64,000 bases of DNA, from positions 1 to 64,000 of the forward strand of contig NIVC01002311.1 in the NCBI GenBank assembly GCA_002269645.1. Reading direction: 5' to 3'. The DNA comes from Macrostomum lignano (lineage: Eukaryota). This document shows positions 25,917 through 37,949 of the stretch, in pieces (position 1 is the first letter of the stretch; every line of letters starts with the position of its first letter). The notes under the pieces are model-generated. The model was not told the DNA's origin. It saw nothing but the letters and a program-made list of their open reading frames with translations, and did not search any database. The position numbers and the translations under genes are program-made.

Positions 25917-27223
25917 CGAGGGATACTCCAAAAGTTTTGCAATTCAACCACTTGCGCAAGTCGCACAATCTTCAAAACCAACTCTCTGTACAATAAACAT
26001 GTACATAGTCCCCACCTCAATTTTCAAGTGAATTCATACATATACGCCTGCTCAGCCCCCAGTCAAAGTCAGAGACTCCTTAACTGTACAGCTGCAGCCA
26101 TGGAATTGAATCGTGAGCAGAATCGGCTACTAATTTGGTACTGCCACAAGCGAAAGCTCACGGCGCTTGAGACTCATGCCGAGCTACTAGCAACATTGGA
26201 GGCTCAAGCGCCGTCATATGCTACGGTTACACGCTGGTACCGCGAGTTCCAGGCCGGCAGGACCAGCTTTTCTGACGACCCCCGGCCCGGGAGACCTCCG
26301 ACAGCAGCGACGGAGGAAAACATCGCTGCAGTGCAGGAGCCGATTCATCAGGATCCGCGAATCACCACGGACATGCTAGCTATGAATGTCGGCATTGGAT
26401 CGGCAGCGGTCGATACGATTCTACACGATCACCTGAGAGTCAGGAAGCTTTGTGCCCGATGGATACCCCACATCCTGACAGATGCTCAGAAACAGGCCCG
26501 CAGGGAGTTCTGTCAGTTTCTCATCGATCGATATGAGCACGGGAGCCATCAGCGCCGCTCTGAGGTCATCACTGGTGATGAGACGTTTCTCTATCATTTT
26601 GACGTCGAGACAAAGCGCAGCAGTGCAGAGTGGGTGCCGAAAGGTGGTCAACGACCCCTGAAAGCAAGGCGGTCCCGGTCCCAGGGCAAGCGGATGTTTG
26701 CCATCTTCTTCGACTCACAAGGCGTGGTGGCGATGGTGAAGCTGGAGGGTCAAGCTACAGTCACTGCTCGATGGTACACTGAAGAGTGCTTGCCAGTCGT
26801 GATCGACAGCGTGACCCAGAGGGCGCCAAGGACGGGAATGCGAGGGCAGAAACTTCACCATGACAACGCCCCCGCCCACACGGCTGCTGCAACTCGAGCG
26901 TTCCTGGACCAAGAGGGCATTTCAACACTACCACACCCGCCCTACTCACCAGACCTCGCCCCCTGCGACTTCTGGCTCTTTCCAGAAATCAAAAAGTCGC
27001 TTAGGGGGCACAGGTTTCAGTCCGACGAGGAGCTGGAGCAGGCGGCGAAGGAGGCGATTGACGGCATCCCAATTGAAGACTTCCAGGGCTTGATGAACAA
27101 GTGGCTCGGACGACGCACAAGTGTTTGCAGTTCCGGGGAGCCTACTTTGAAGGATTGTAATAGAAAAGTTTGGCAAAATTAACTTTAAATAGTTGAATTG
27201 CAAAACTTTTAGAGTATCCCTCG
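25917..27223 (+). mobile_element. Full-length mariner transposon (1307 bp)
   Basis: ~30-bp TIRs CGAGGGATACTC(C/T)AAAAGTTTTGCAATTCAAC, TA TSD at 25915-16 and 27224-25. Confidence 0.97.
26100..27160 (+). pseudogene. Mariner DD34D transposase with a C-terminal 1-nt frameshift
   Basis: WIPHIL, ITGDET, HHDNAPAH, YSPDLAPCD motifs; the canonical tail KCLQFRGAYFEGL* lies in another frame after ~27115. Confidence 0.92.
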
Positions 27224-27238
27224 TAACCTTTAATTAAT

Positions 27239-29628
27239 GGCAGTTGCTATTTGTCCGGTGACTGGATGAATAGCGACATGGTTATTCGTCCAGTTACCAG
27301 ACAAATAGCCATTTCATTATTCGTCCGGTTATTTTACCGGACAAATAGCCATTTTGTTATTCGTCCGGTTAAATATATATTACTAGTACTATCTACTTGT
27401 AGGGAATATGTCTGGTTTTTAATGGCTTCTTTACTCATATCTTGATCAATATATTGTTATACTAGTGTACGACTACACGCGCGATTAGTTTCACTTAAAA
27501 TTTAGCTTGCAGGCACATTTGTCTTTGCATGATTGTTAAAACTGCTCAATGCTTATCTAGCATTTAGATTAGATAGTAATATCTATCTCAAAGGTATATG
27601 TATATCTCATCTATATTGCATACTGTATCGAGCAGATGCCACGAGTACTCTAATGGCGGTAGCTTTATAGTGTATCGTAGAAAACCAATTGGTATAATAA
27701 TTTGGCTTTATTCAACACTCAAAAAGTAGTTACTTGGTTAAATTTATTACCACAGACACATGACAATAGCTTTTTTCAATAAAGCCAAGTCTATACTGCA
27801 TATTTGTTTCCATTAGGCATTATAAGATTATGTAAATAAACAGTCTATAATCTGCAACTGTTTTAGTAATAAAATTTCTGCATTTCTTTGTTCTAATGAA
27901 TTGCTAAATCGTAACTATAAAGGAGCCAACTAGGAATATAAAAAATTGATAATCAAGTGGTTCAAGTAACATTTTTTACTAGGCTATTTGTGTTTTATTA
28001 TATATGTGTTTGATAATAAAGTTTGCAATAATTATGTTGCAAATGTTTTAACAAAGAAATTGCTCATTGTAACCTAATGACATAAGCTATTCTATAAAAC
28101 TCCATCTATGCTACTCCAGTCCCGCGATTGATCTGTAGTGTCTCTTACTTCTAATTATTTAATCCAAGCATTTGATAGTATTTGAAAAACAATAAAGCTG
28201 AACTATTTTTTATTATTTCCAGGCCATGGATAGCATAACTGTTGGTGCACGATTTCAGTTGTTCCAACTTCTTTGTGAAGCTATAAAGCACTATAAAGAA
28301 AGCCGATTTGTTTGGTTTCATGTACGTGATAGCAGAAAGTTGGCTTCACAAAATCAACGTCGCATCAAAAGAGCCATTAACGACCAGCTGGGGTTCTACA
28401 AGTTGATGTTCACTTGCATTCATGGTGGGAAAGAACAAAAGTCAACATCAACTGGATGCAGGCCCAAACAGGCGTAAGTACTGCAATTAAGGATAGCTAC
28501 AATATTTTTCTTTTATATCTTATATTTTATATTTTGATGGTAAAAGTTTATTTATACTGCTTTCTCAGAACGCTGCAGCTCAGCTGTCCAGCTAAGATTT
28601 GTGTATGTGCCTCCAAGTGTGGTCAATTTCTTGAGATCCGCCAAGTTGTTGATGAGCACAATCATACCACCACCAAGGTAGGTACATGTACATTGCATAT
28701 AAAGCATTTGGTTGTGCAAAAAATGTGAATTACGCAATTTTTTAAGCAACTGAGTGACTTAAATTTAGTCTACATACATACATGTGGGAGTGCATATTGT
28801 TTAATCTACAAAATTATTAGTTAAAACTTTTAGAATTTTTTATTTTAGGCTACATTTGAACTTCTGCCCCAGTCATGACGCTTGACACCCAAGGAGCAGC
28901 AGAAAGCAAAATCGTTTCTTCAGGTCGGAGCAAACAAGAAACTAGTACAAACCCATTTTCTGGAATCCACTGGAAAGCGGGTTCTCCTGCGCAATATTCA
29001 TAATCTTGCAGCTGCCATCAAGGCTACAGACACCGACATCATTGATGCTATTCAAAGTCTTGGCCCAGAAGCTTTTCAAGCTATAACCACTGAAGGCTCT
29101 GGAGAAACTGAAGTTCTGGGACTACTGTACCAAGATGAATTAATGCAAAAGATCTATGAATCATTTCTTGAAATCCTATTAGTCGACGCAACGTACAAAG
29201 TAACGAATGCTGGAATGGCACTTTATATATTGCTTGCCAAAGATGGAAACGGGGAAAGTGATTTCGTGGCACTGTGGTTGCTGAAAGCAGAAACCAGTGC
29301 AGTTATTTCCGAAGCCGCGCGACACCTAAAGGAAAAAAATCCCTGCTGGCAGTGCACCAAAGTCATCATAACCAACAAAGATTTCGCTGAACGCAGTCGT
29401 ACACTAGTATAACAATATATTGATCAAGATATGAGTAAAGAAGCGGTTAAAAACCAGACATATTCCCTACAAGTAGATAGTACTAGTATTTAACTAGACA
29501 AATAACAAAATGGCTATTTATCCGGTAAAATAACCAGACAAATAGTGAAATGGCTATTTGTCCAGTAACTGGACTGGACGAATAACCATGTCACTATTCG
29601 TCCAGTCACCAGACAAATAACAACTGCC
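27239..29628 (+). mobile_element. Mutator/MULE element with ~230-bp TIRs
   Basis: Long TIRs 27239-27472 and 29397-29628; perfect 9-bp TSD TTAATTAAT. Confidence 0.93.
28226..29400 (+). pseudogene. Spliced, truncated MULE transposase (exons 28226-28473, 28569-28677, 28849-~29400)
   Basis: C..C..HNH WRKY/GCM1-type region, then LVDATYK..DGNGES..TNKDFAE; TGA at 28876; ORF ends abruptly at the right TIR. Confidence 0.85.
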
Positions 29629-30128
29629 TTAATTAATATATTAATGCATGAAGCAAATTTTTAAACATTGGAAATATAATTGTAACATTTTGTCTTACTG
29701 GTTCATTATTTCTTTCTTTCTGATGGCAAAGAATTAAAAAAAAATTAAGAAGGTATTCTGGAAAATCTAAAAAATAAATTTTAGAATTGTATCTTCTCAA
29801 AAAATATAAGACAAGACAAGAGCAAGACAAGATGCAAATTTTCTGAAATATATATTTTTTAGATTTACTTTGTCTTGTCTCGTCTTGAAATTCTCGACTT
29901 ATAAGCCTTTCTCATCTTGAATCTTGTCTCGAATAAAATCTCTAATTTTGACAGCTCTAACATATATTCATTTAAATAATATTATTAATAGGCCTACTAA
30001 ATTAACTAAGTTGATGGCAGACGAGGTAATTGGAATCTATAAAAATAGAGTTGATAAGCTATCGATGCATTCAATTAGCTATTCGATAGCTTATCGATGC
30101 ATTGTAATGATTATGCTGCCAATATTTA

Positions 30129-31725
30129 TGTAATGTATCTTCTAACATAAAAGTGTCATGCCAATTTTAAAGGAGCCACTATAGAGCTAAGGAAACTGTT
30201 GCACTAGCTACTTATTGTCTGGTGGATGCTTACTATTTGGGGATGCTTCCTATCTGGGGGATGCTTGCTATCTGGGGGATGCTTGCTATTTGGGGGATGC
30301 TTGCTATCTGGGGGATGCTTGCTGTCTTGGGATGATTTCTTTTTGCATTACACTTCATTTGAGTAGTTTGTCTGTTGTCTTTGTGAAGGCTTTTTTTGGC
30401 TGTCTTTTTGTTACTTGTAGAGAACAGAGATTCTATCCAGATGCCCCCCAACAGGGGGCGAAGATTGCTAGTCTATTTTAAAAGTAATCATATTTAGTAC
30501 CTACTTCAAATTGTGCATTATTTGTATTTGTATTCTATTTATATTTTACTGTACTTTTTACTGTATGTATTTATGTTTATTTTGCTTGACAGTTTATAAT
30601 GAAGCTTGTTTTAATGACTAATAATTAACTAATATAAATATGAATCATCGATTTTTGGTAAGAGTTAGCCACTCTGATTTAGCACCTCTCGATTGGAAAT
30701 TCAAGTGTTGGCTTCGGCAATTCATTTTATTACATTGGCGACCACGCCAGGACCCAGATTCCACGAGGGGACTCCACTGGATCCTTCTGACTCCTAAGCA
30801 TGCAGCCAGCAAATCAACGCGAGCCGACGCCATGAAGCCAGCCAATGACGGCAGAGATACCATGACTCCACCAGCGCGGGCGTAGGAAATGCGCCGAAGA
30901 GAATCTTCATTGTTTTAATGCACTGTACAGTAATTCCACTTAGTTACTTGTATTCTTTCATATCAAATGTACTTTATACAGTATTTTGGCAATTGCCACA
31001 ATGTACTTACTCTTCAAATAATTTTTTCAATGTAACTGTTTTTTTATGAAGGTCACCCAATGGCAGTGCATCACGAAAGTGTGTACAAAAAATTCTTTTT
31101 TCTATAAAGTATTTTTTCTTGATCCATACTGTATGTGCTCTGTGCTGGTTGTGGTAGGGAGAACCCAGGGCTCTGTTATCCCTGTTAGGTTCTGGTCTAT
31201 GTACTGTCTTTTTAACTTGCTTCTTATAAGATACTAGACCATTACATTGTTTTTGTTAATGTGTTCTGCTATTCTCATATTAAATGCATAGTTGGGGAAG
31301 CAATTAAATTTGTTCTAATAATTTCACTTTCATGTGTTCATTTACTGTATGATTTATATAGTTAGTTTCTTTACTTTGTATTTGACTCGTTTTGTACTTT
31401 TATTGACAATGTGGACATTGTCTTCTTTCTCATAGAGGAGGGTAATGTAATGTATCTTCATATCTATTTTAAAAGTAATCATATTTAGTACCTACTTCAA
31501 ATTGTGCATTATTTGTATTTGTATTCTATTTATATTTTACTGTACTTTTTACTGTATGTATTTATGTTTATTTTGCTTGACAGTTTATAATGAAGCTTGT
31601 TTTAATGACTAATAATTAACTAATATAAATATGAATCATCGATTTTTGGTAAGAGTTTGCCACTTTGATTTAGCACCTCTCGATTGGAAATTCAAGTGTT
31701 GGCTTCGGCAATTCATTTTATTACA
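30129..31725 (+). mobile_element. TRIM-like non-autonomous LTR retroelement
   Basis: 5' LTR 30129-30734 (TGTAAT..ATTACA), PBS TGGCGACCACGCCAGGAC at 30736, PPT AGAGGAGGG, 3' LTR 31446-31725 (internally deleted), 4-bp TSD TTTA. Confidence 0.82.
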
Positions 31726-31793
31726 TTTATAAAGTATTTTGTTTATAGGCCCTACTAATTTCATATTATAAAAATGTTTAGGTTAGGTCTACC

Positions 31794-32086
31794 CAGTGGT
31801 GGATTTGGAGTTTCATTTGGGGGGGGGGAGGAAGGGGGTAGTCCAAGTTTTGGATGCCAAAACGAGTATAGGGGGTACCAATTTTGAATTTTTAAGCTAA
31901 TGGCACACAAAATTGCATATAGGGGGCAAAAAATCAAGCTTAGGGCCATACAAAAGGTGTTTAGGGGCAAAAAATCTAGGTTAAGGGAAGCAAACTTAGG
32001 TTTTTGGAGGGCCCAATATGTTTTATCAAGCGATTATAGGGGGGACAGATACTCCCTGCCCTCCCCTCCCCTCTAAATCCACCCTG
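31794..32086. mobile_element. hAT-type MITE
   Basis: Ends CAGTGGTGGATTT / AAATCCACCCTG; 8-bp flanks GGTCTACC / GGCCTATC (6 of 8). Confidence 0.55.
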
Positions 32087-32298
32087 GGCCTATCTACAAC
32101 TTGTAGTATAAGCCAATTATATATTATTTGAGTTTTATATTTTTATGTACTTGGCACTTGATAGTTGTTGTTTTGTCTGCTGCTAGTTTGCCACTTTTTT
32201 TTGCCAAAGGGTAGTCCTTTTATACCACTAAATAGGCCTATTTTTTAAATACAATGCCAGTTGCCAGTATTACTATTAGGGCCTATGACTTTATAATG

Positions 32299-33034
32299 GG
32301 ACTTCTTCAAGTTTATGTTGATAAAATACTTCTGATTTTCCGATTTTTCTGAAACTTGCAGTGGACACTTATGGGGCACCAAAAATTTCAAAAATGCAAA
32401 AAACTGTAGAAAGTTACCTGTACGGTTGATGCAATCACGATTTACTCATTTCCCTATCTCCATGCCTCTATTCAAGTTTATGTTGATAAAATCAATCCCC
32501 ATGAAAAATCTCCCCACCCTAAACCCTCCCCCATTCCCCATGCCCCAGTCATTGGTTTTAAGCTACAACCCCCCCCCCCTATTAGGATTAGAATTTATCA
32601 ACACAATCTTAAATAGGTCTCCATGCCTCTATTTAAGTTTATGTTGATAAAATCAATCCCCATGAAGAATCTCCCTACCCTAAACCCCCCTTCCCCAATC
32701 CCCGACCCCATGCCCCAGTCGTTCGTTTTAAGCTACAACCCCCTCTCCTCCCCCCTATTAGGATTGGAATTTATCAACACAATCTTGAATAGGTCTCCAT
32801 GCCTCTATTCAAGTTTATGTTGATAAAATCAATCCCCATGAAGAATCTCCCTACCCTAAAACCCCCTATTCCCTATGCCCTGGTGGTTGGTTTTAAGCTA
32901 CATATAATTGGGTTAAAGCTACCAAAAAATGGAGCTCAAATTTGAAATCAGCACCATCAAAAACCCTTATAGAGACAAAATTATGATCTTATCAAAATTG
33001 CAACTATTTTATCAACATAAACTTGAAGAAGTCC
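32299..33034. mobile_element. Non-autonomous DNA transposon, Merlin-like
   Basis: TIR GGACTTCTTCAAGTTTATGTTGATAAAATA, perfect 8-bp TSD TTATAATG, internal ~160-185-bp tandem units each carrying the TIR core. Confidence 0.75.
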
Positions 33035-34511
33035 TTATAATGAGATAGTGATATTACTGATAAGATAACGAACTTATTTGAGTCATGTCTTAATAATAGT
33101 AGGCCTACTGTCCCTGTACTGACAACTAATATTATTAGGCCCTAGTAATTAGAAAAATGAGCATATCTTAAAAAAATAATTCTCACACGTCTTCCTAAAT
33201 ACTTATGCTTTCGTTTATATTTGATACCAATCTGCTAATCAACCATTGCATAAAATTGATAAATAATAAATAATAAATCAACCAATTGAAGAAACAAGCA
33301 CAGTAGTAAGATGTACATAAACTTTTCAGAAGCCTGAAAAGGCTTAATTAAAGAATTTCTACTGTAGTGACCTTCGCGAAAGTTCTATACCGTACGATGA
33401 TGTTTATTCTGGAAAATTCTGCGATAGAATACAAGTTAAATTCTAGAAACTTCTTTCATTAGCTATTTTTAATTTTATAGTAAATATTTCTATTCAATAG
33501 ATATTTAATCACTGTAATTTATGCTCATACTAAATATGAATACCGTACGTACAATACTAACTATAGAATTTGTTTTACTGCACTAGAACGATTCAGAAAT
33601 TTCCGGAAGACTAAATTACAGTATACAGATACAGTATCCGAATCAGCATTTTTCTCCAAGCCTCTTCGATACTCAAGCAACTCAAGAGCTAACACAAAGA
33701 AGCAAAAACAAATGCGAACCACTGCCTAGCTCTGCCTTCTTCCTTTCTCAGTCGCTACACTAATGTTACGTATTCTAGGAATGTAATGTATCAACTATTT
33801 ACTTACTGTAATTGTTATGGTATTATTTGTTATGAATAGTGTTTTGTATGCAAATATAAGGTAAAACCAGTTTAAACTGGTTAGGCGCATGTTGAGCAGT
33901 TGGTCTCTCAGGTGGCTGCCAGTAACCATTAGACGCAATTCATAATAGACACAGACATCACACTACCCGCCGTAGACATACATGTAGACTTATACGAGAA
34001 TATTACATTATTTAAGTTTACTTAGAGCGTAGGTAATATCCGAACTACTATTACTATTATTAGCCCATCCCAATACCAATATTATCCTAAATATAATAGT
34101 TACAGCCAGCGCGTGCCACCTAATCTATCTGGATCATTAATATTGTAATATATACAGTCGACCTATATTAACCTTTACAAATATTAAACCTAATTGCTCT
34201 GCAGAGTTTTTGTTTTAATTTCTTTTACTCAACTTCAGTACAGATAATTTGAATGGCGGCGACCACAAAAAATATAATTATTACAATATCGAATTTTGAA
34301 TATTATTATTTAACAGACTAGTTCTCTGAAATGTTGTTTTAAACAAAATTTTACATACAAAACTGACACTTTACATGTTTTACAATATATCATTATATAA
34401 AATAAATTTCAAAATATACATAGTTACATTTTACTTATTCTTAATACTATAATTTTTTGTACTTTGAGCTCTCAAAGGTTGCAGACAAAATGACCACGCG
34501 CCATTGTTAAT

Positions 34512-36946
34512 TACATTACATTACATTACATTACAACGACGCTACGGTTGGGGGGCGCTAGCGCGCACACGATTGCGAAAAAGAGGGGCAGGGCAGATCG
34601 CAGCAGTCTGGGGGGTCAGTCCAATTGCCTCCAGGTCGGCAACGTGTCTCCCGGAGCGTCTGGGTCCGCCCTTGGCCGCGGCAGAACCGTTCGGTCGGCG
34701 CGTACAGAACGGCCAGTCCGAGCGGGTTGTCAAACCGCCGCAGGCAGTGTCCCAGCAGGGCCTGGCGGCGCCGGCGGAGGGTGGCGCTAAGGGACGGCGA
34801 TTTTGTTCTCGCCATCAGCTGGGCCGTCGGGGAGGACGGGCGGGTAGCGCACGCCCAGCGCCTTGCGCAGCAGGTTGCGGTGCATCGCGTCCAGGGCCCG
34901 TTCGTGCGTGGTTGTCATTGGGACAGCCTTCCATGCCGTAGAGAAGGATCGGCTCTACAACAGCGCGAAACAGGTACATGTAAATCTTCAGGTTGTCCCG
35001 CGCTCCGGAGGTGAAGATCGGCCTGAGGTGGTGCATGGCGCGCCAGGCCTGGGTCCTCCTGTCCGTGATGATCACCTCTGGGCTCATCACGAGGGTGCCT
35101 ATGTAGCGGAAGTCGCTGCACGTTGAGATGGCCTCGCCGTTGGGCAGGGTCAGCGGTGGGGCATTGTCAGCACCCACGTGCAGCACCTCCGTCTTGCCTG
35201 CGTTAATCTGCAGGCCGATCCGAGCGCCTTCCTCGGAGAGTCGAGTAAGAGCGTGCTGGGCTGCTACAGGGTCTCGGCACAGCAGCGCGATGTCATCAGC
35301 GTATGCGAGGGCTGGGAGCGTCACGGCAGTGTGGCGGGAGCTACACTGAGGCGCGAGGACAAAGCTGTCGTTGTCTCGAAGGCAGCGGCGCAGGATGTAG
35401 CCAACAGCCAGAATGAAAAGCAGGGGGATAGCGTGTCCCCTTGCAGCACCCCAAAAGTGGTATCAAACTCGTCCGTAGGGCCATCGCTGGAGTCAACAAA
35501 CGCCTTGGAGTTGTGGTACAGGTCCATAACTGCCGTCACCAGGGTGTCGTTGACGCCGTACTGAGCCAGGAGCCAGGCTAAAGCCGTCCTGCTGACAGAG
35601 TCGAAGGCCTTCCGGAAGTCAACGAAGACGATAGACACGGCTCGAAGACGAGTCTTGCAGGTTTCGACAATGCACCGAATGGCCACAATCTGCTCCGTGG
35701 TGGATCTGCCTGGCCTGAAGCCGCTTTGGAGCTCGAGCAGCAGCGATCGTTCAGGACAGGAAGGAGCCGATTGCGCAACACTGCGTTCAGCAGCTTCGGC
35801 AGCGTGCACTCCAGTGCGATGCCGCGTTGCTTGTCAAGGCTCGTGGAGGCGCCCTTCTTCGGGATGGAGACGATTCTTGAAGTACGCCAGAGGGGGGCGG
35901 CCGTAGCAGCTCGGTCGCCGCCGAGACAGCAGTACTTGTTCAGGAGGCTAACGTCCGCGGCGATGATCGGGCCGGTGTATAGAAGTCGCCATGCTGGGCT
36001 GGGGTGAAGCCGGCGGCGGGGAGAAGGGGAGACGTCGGGGAGGGGGAATTTAAAACTTGCCGGTAGTGGTCGACAAGCAGGCTCTTTCTTTGCTCGATGT
36101 ACTCAGCGCCAACTACTGTGGTCGGACGAGGTCTTCGTCCTGGTTGATCGCTCGCCAGGCAGCGGTTGTGCCGGCAGTTTTCGGTGGCGGCCTGGATCTC
36201 TTGGACCACCTCCTCAAACACTTCAGTGCGTTGGGCGTACATCACCTGCAGGTTGTCTCTGGCGAGTCTAGCCTGGTCGCTGTCCTCGCCGTAACGCGCA
36301 GCGGCGCTCTGTGCAGAGCGCCTGGCAGTGGCGATTACGGGGTCGCAGTCCCAAATTGCCCTTGGCTGGTGTCCTATTTGTCTAGGCAGAACTGACGCTG
36401 CCCACCCGACGGCACTCGCAAAGGCCTCAGCTGTCTCAGTGATTGCGGGACTCGCGTTGGAGAGCTCGGTCAGGAAGGCAGTGCGAGTCCCTGGGTTCCT
36501 CAGGTCTGCCCAGAGAGGCTTCGGCGGAGGGCGTCTGAATCTCGTCCAGGAAAGGTTCAGTTCGCAAGCAACCAAGCTGTGGTCGGAAGCGACGCATCTG
36601 GGGCGGACGTTGATCACTCTGCACACCCTATAACGCATTGGGAAAGGGCAGAGAATCCATTCCAGCCTTGTCGTTCTGCCGTTTGGGCCGAAGAAAGTGG
36701 GAAGCTTCGCGAGCCGCTGCCGTAAAGAGCCATTCACTCCGACGAAGTTCCTAGACTGGATGAAGGTCTCCAGAAGGCGGATTTGGCGTTGGGCACGCCA
36801 CAGTTGTTCCATCGGGGGGCAGGGGCGCATTGAAGTCTCCAGCCGCAAACATAAGGTCGCGAGCCGGGATTGAGTCCAGGAGGTGGCCAAGCCTGTCGTA
36901 CAGGTCTTCAGTCTCGGCGGGGTTCTCGCTGGTCCTGGGGGGGGGG
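34512..36946 (-). mobile_element. 5'-truncated APE-RT non-LTR retrotransposon (RTE-like), frameshifted
   Basis: GDFNA and SDHSLV (APE); VDFRKAFDSV, GVLQGDTLSP, YADD (RT); (TGTAA)n 3' tail; candidate 10-bp TSD CATTGTTAAT / CATTTTTAAT. Confidence 0.92.
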
Positions 36947-37059
36947 CATTTTTAATGTAGCACTTAGAAACTTCAAATTTAGAGTTAGACTCTCAGTGGG
37001 ACCCTTCTCAATGATTTTTATTAATCTTTAGATTTTATCATATTAGACAGTGAAATGAT

Positions 37060-37740
37060 ACATCTAAGAACAACTAAAACAACGTATATAAAGAATATAC
37101 ATGTAAAGACACTTGAAATATATGGAAAGTGTTCAAATGAAGGCCACTTTTCGCCGAAAAATACACTTCAGATATAGGAAGTTTTCAGTTTTTAGCACAA
37201 AAATTGTTATTGCTTTCGATAGGAGGCAAACCCAATGTTCATCTTATAATATGTTAGTGGCCTTTAGACTGTAGCTCGATCTATTGATACATGTATTTAT
37301 AAAGTTTTTGGTCAGAAAATTAGGATTCTATGTTAATTTTTTATCCTACTATCTATTTTGCCATTATTAGCTGACTGTGTTAACAATATGTGTGACAAGA
37401 ATTGATTCATAAAACCAAAGATTCGAGCTGTGCCATGCATTTTTGTATTTTTTAGGTACAGGAAATGTACATGTACGTAGAATAAAAAACTCAACTTGGA
37501 GTTCTTATTATCTGACTGAAAAGCTTTATGAATATCAATAGAGCTATAAGAAAGGCAAAACATAGCAAAATATGAAAATTGGGTTTGCCTTCCTGTCGAG
37601 AGCAATAACAATTTTTGTGCTGAAAAATTTAAGCTTCCAAACCCCGTAGTGTATTTTTCGGTGAAAAGTGGCCTTTAAAACATTTTCCATAGATTTTGAG
37701 TGTTGCTTCTTTCTACTTAAGTAGTTCTTGGTTGTTGGTT
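37060..37740. mobile_element. AT-rich foldback/MITE-like element
   Basis: AAGGCCACTTTTCGCCGAAAAATACACT inverted against AGTGTATTTTTCGGTGAAAAGTGGCCTT, with imperfect extension. Confidence 0.55.
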
Positions 37741-37949
37741 GTACGTGCCTGTACGTGTGAAATGACAGAGACAGAGTATAATGTGAGAGAAAGATGGAAA
37801 CATTTCATGTCCAGAAGTGCAGTCAGTCCTCAAGTTTTTTTTTCAAATAGTAATTAATCATAGAGTCAAAAGCTGAACAATAATTAAGCCTGACTGTTAA
37901 GACTGTTTTCACCTGACAGTCGCTTGGGACATGTGTAATTTAAGTTAAT

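Larger units (their letters stand above)
25197..29959. mobile_element. Non-autonomous hAT-like element (host of nested insertions)
   Basis: TIR TAGAGCTGTCA at both ends, subterminal AAGACAAGA repeats, 8-bp flanks ACACATAT / ACATATAT (1 mismatch). Confidence 0.7.

Noticed and set aside
33782-34007. Solo LTR (TGTAAT..ATTACA)
   Set aside because: Termini resemble the TRIM LTR, but the flanks show no TSD and the interior does not align
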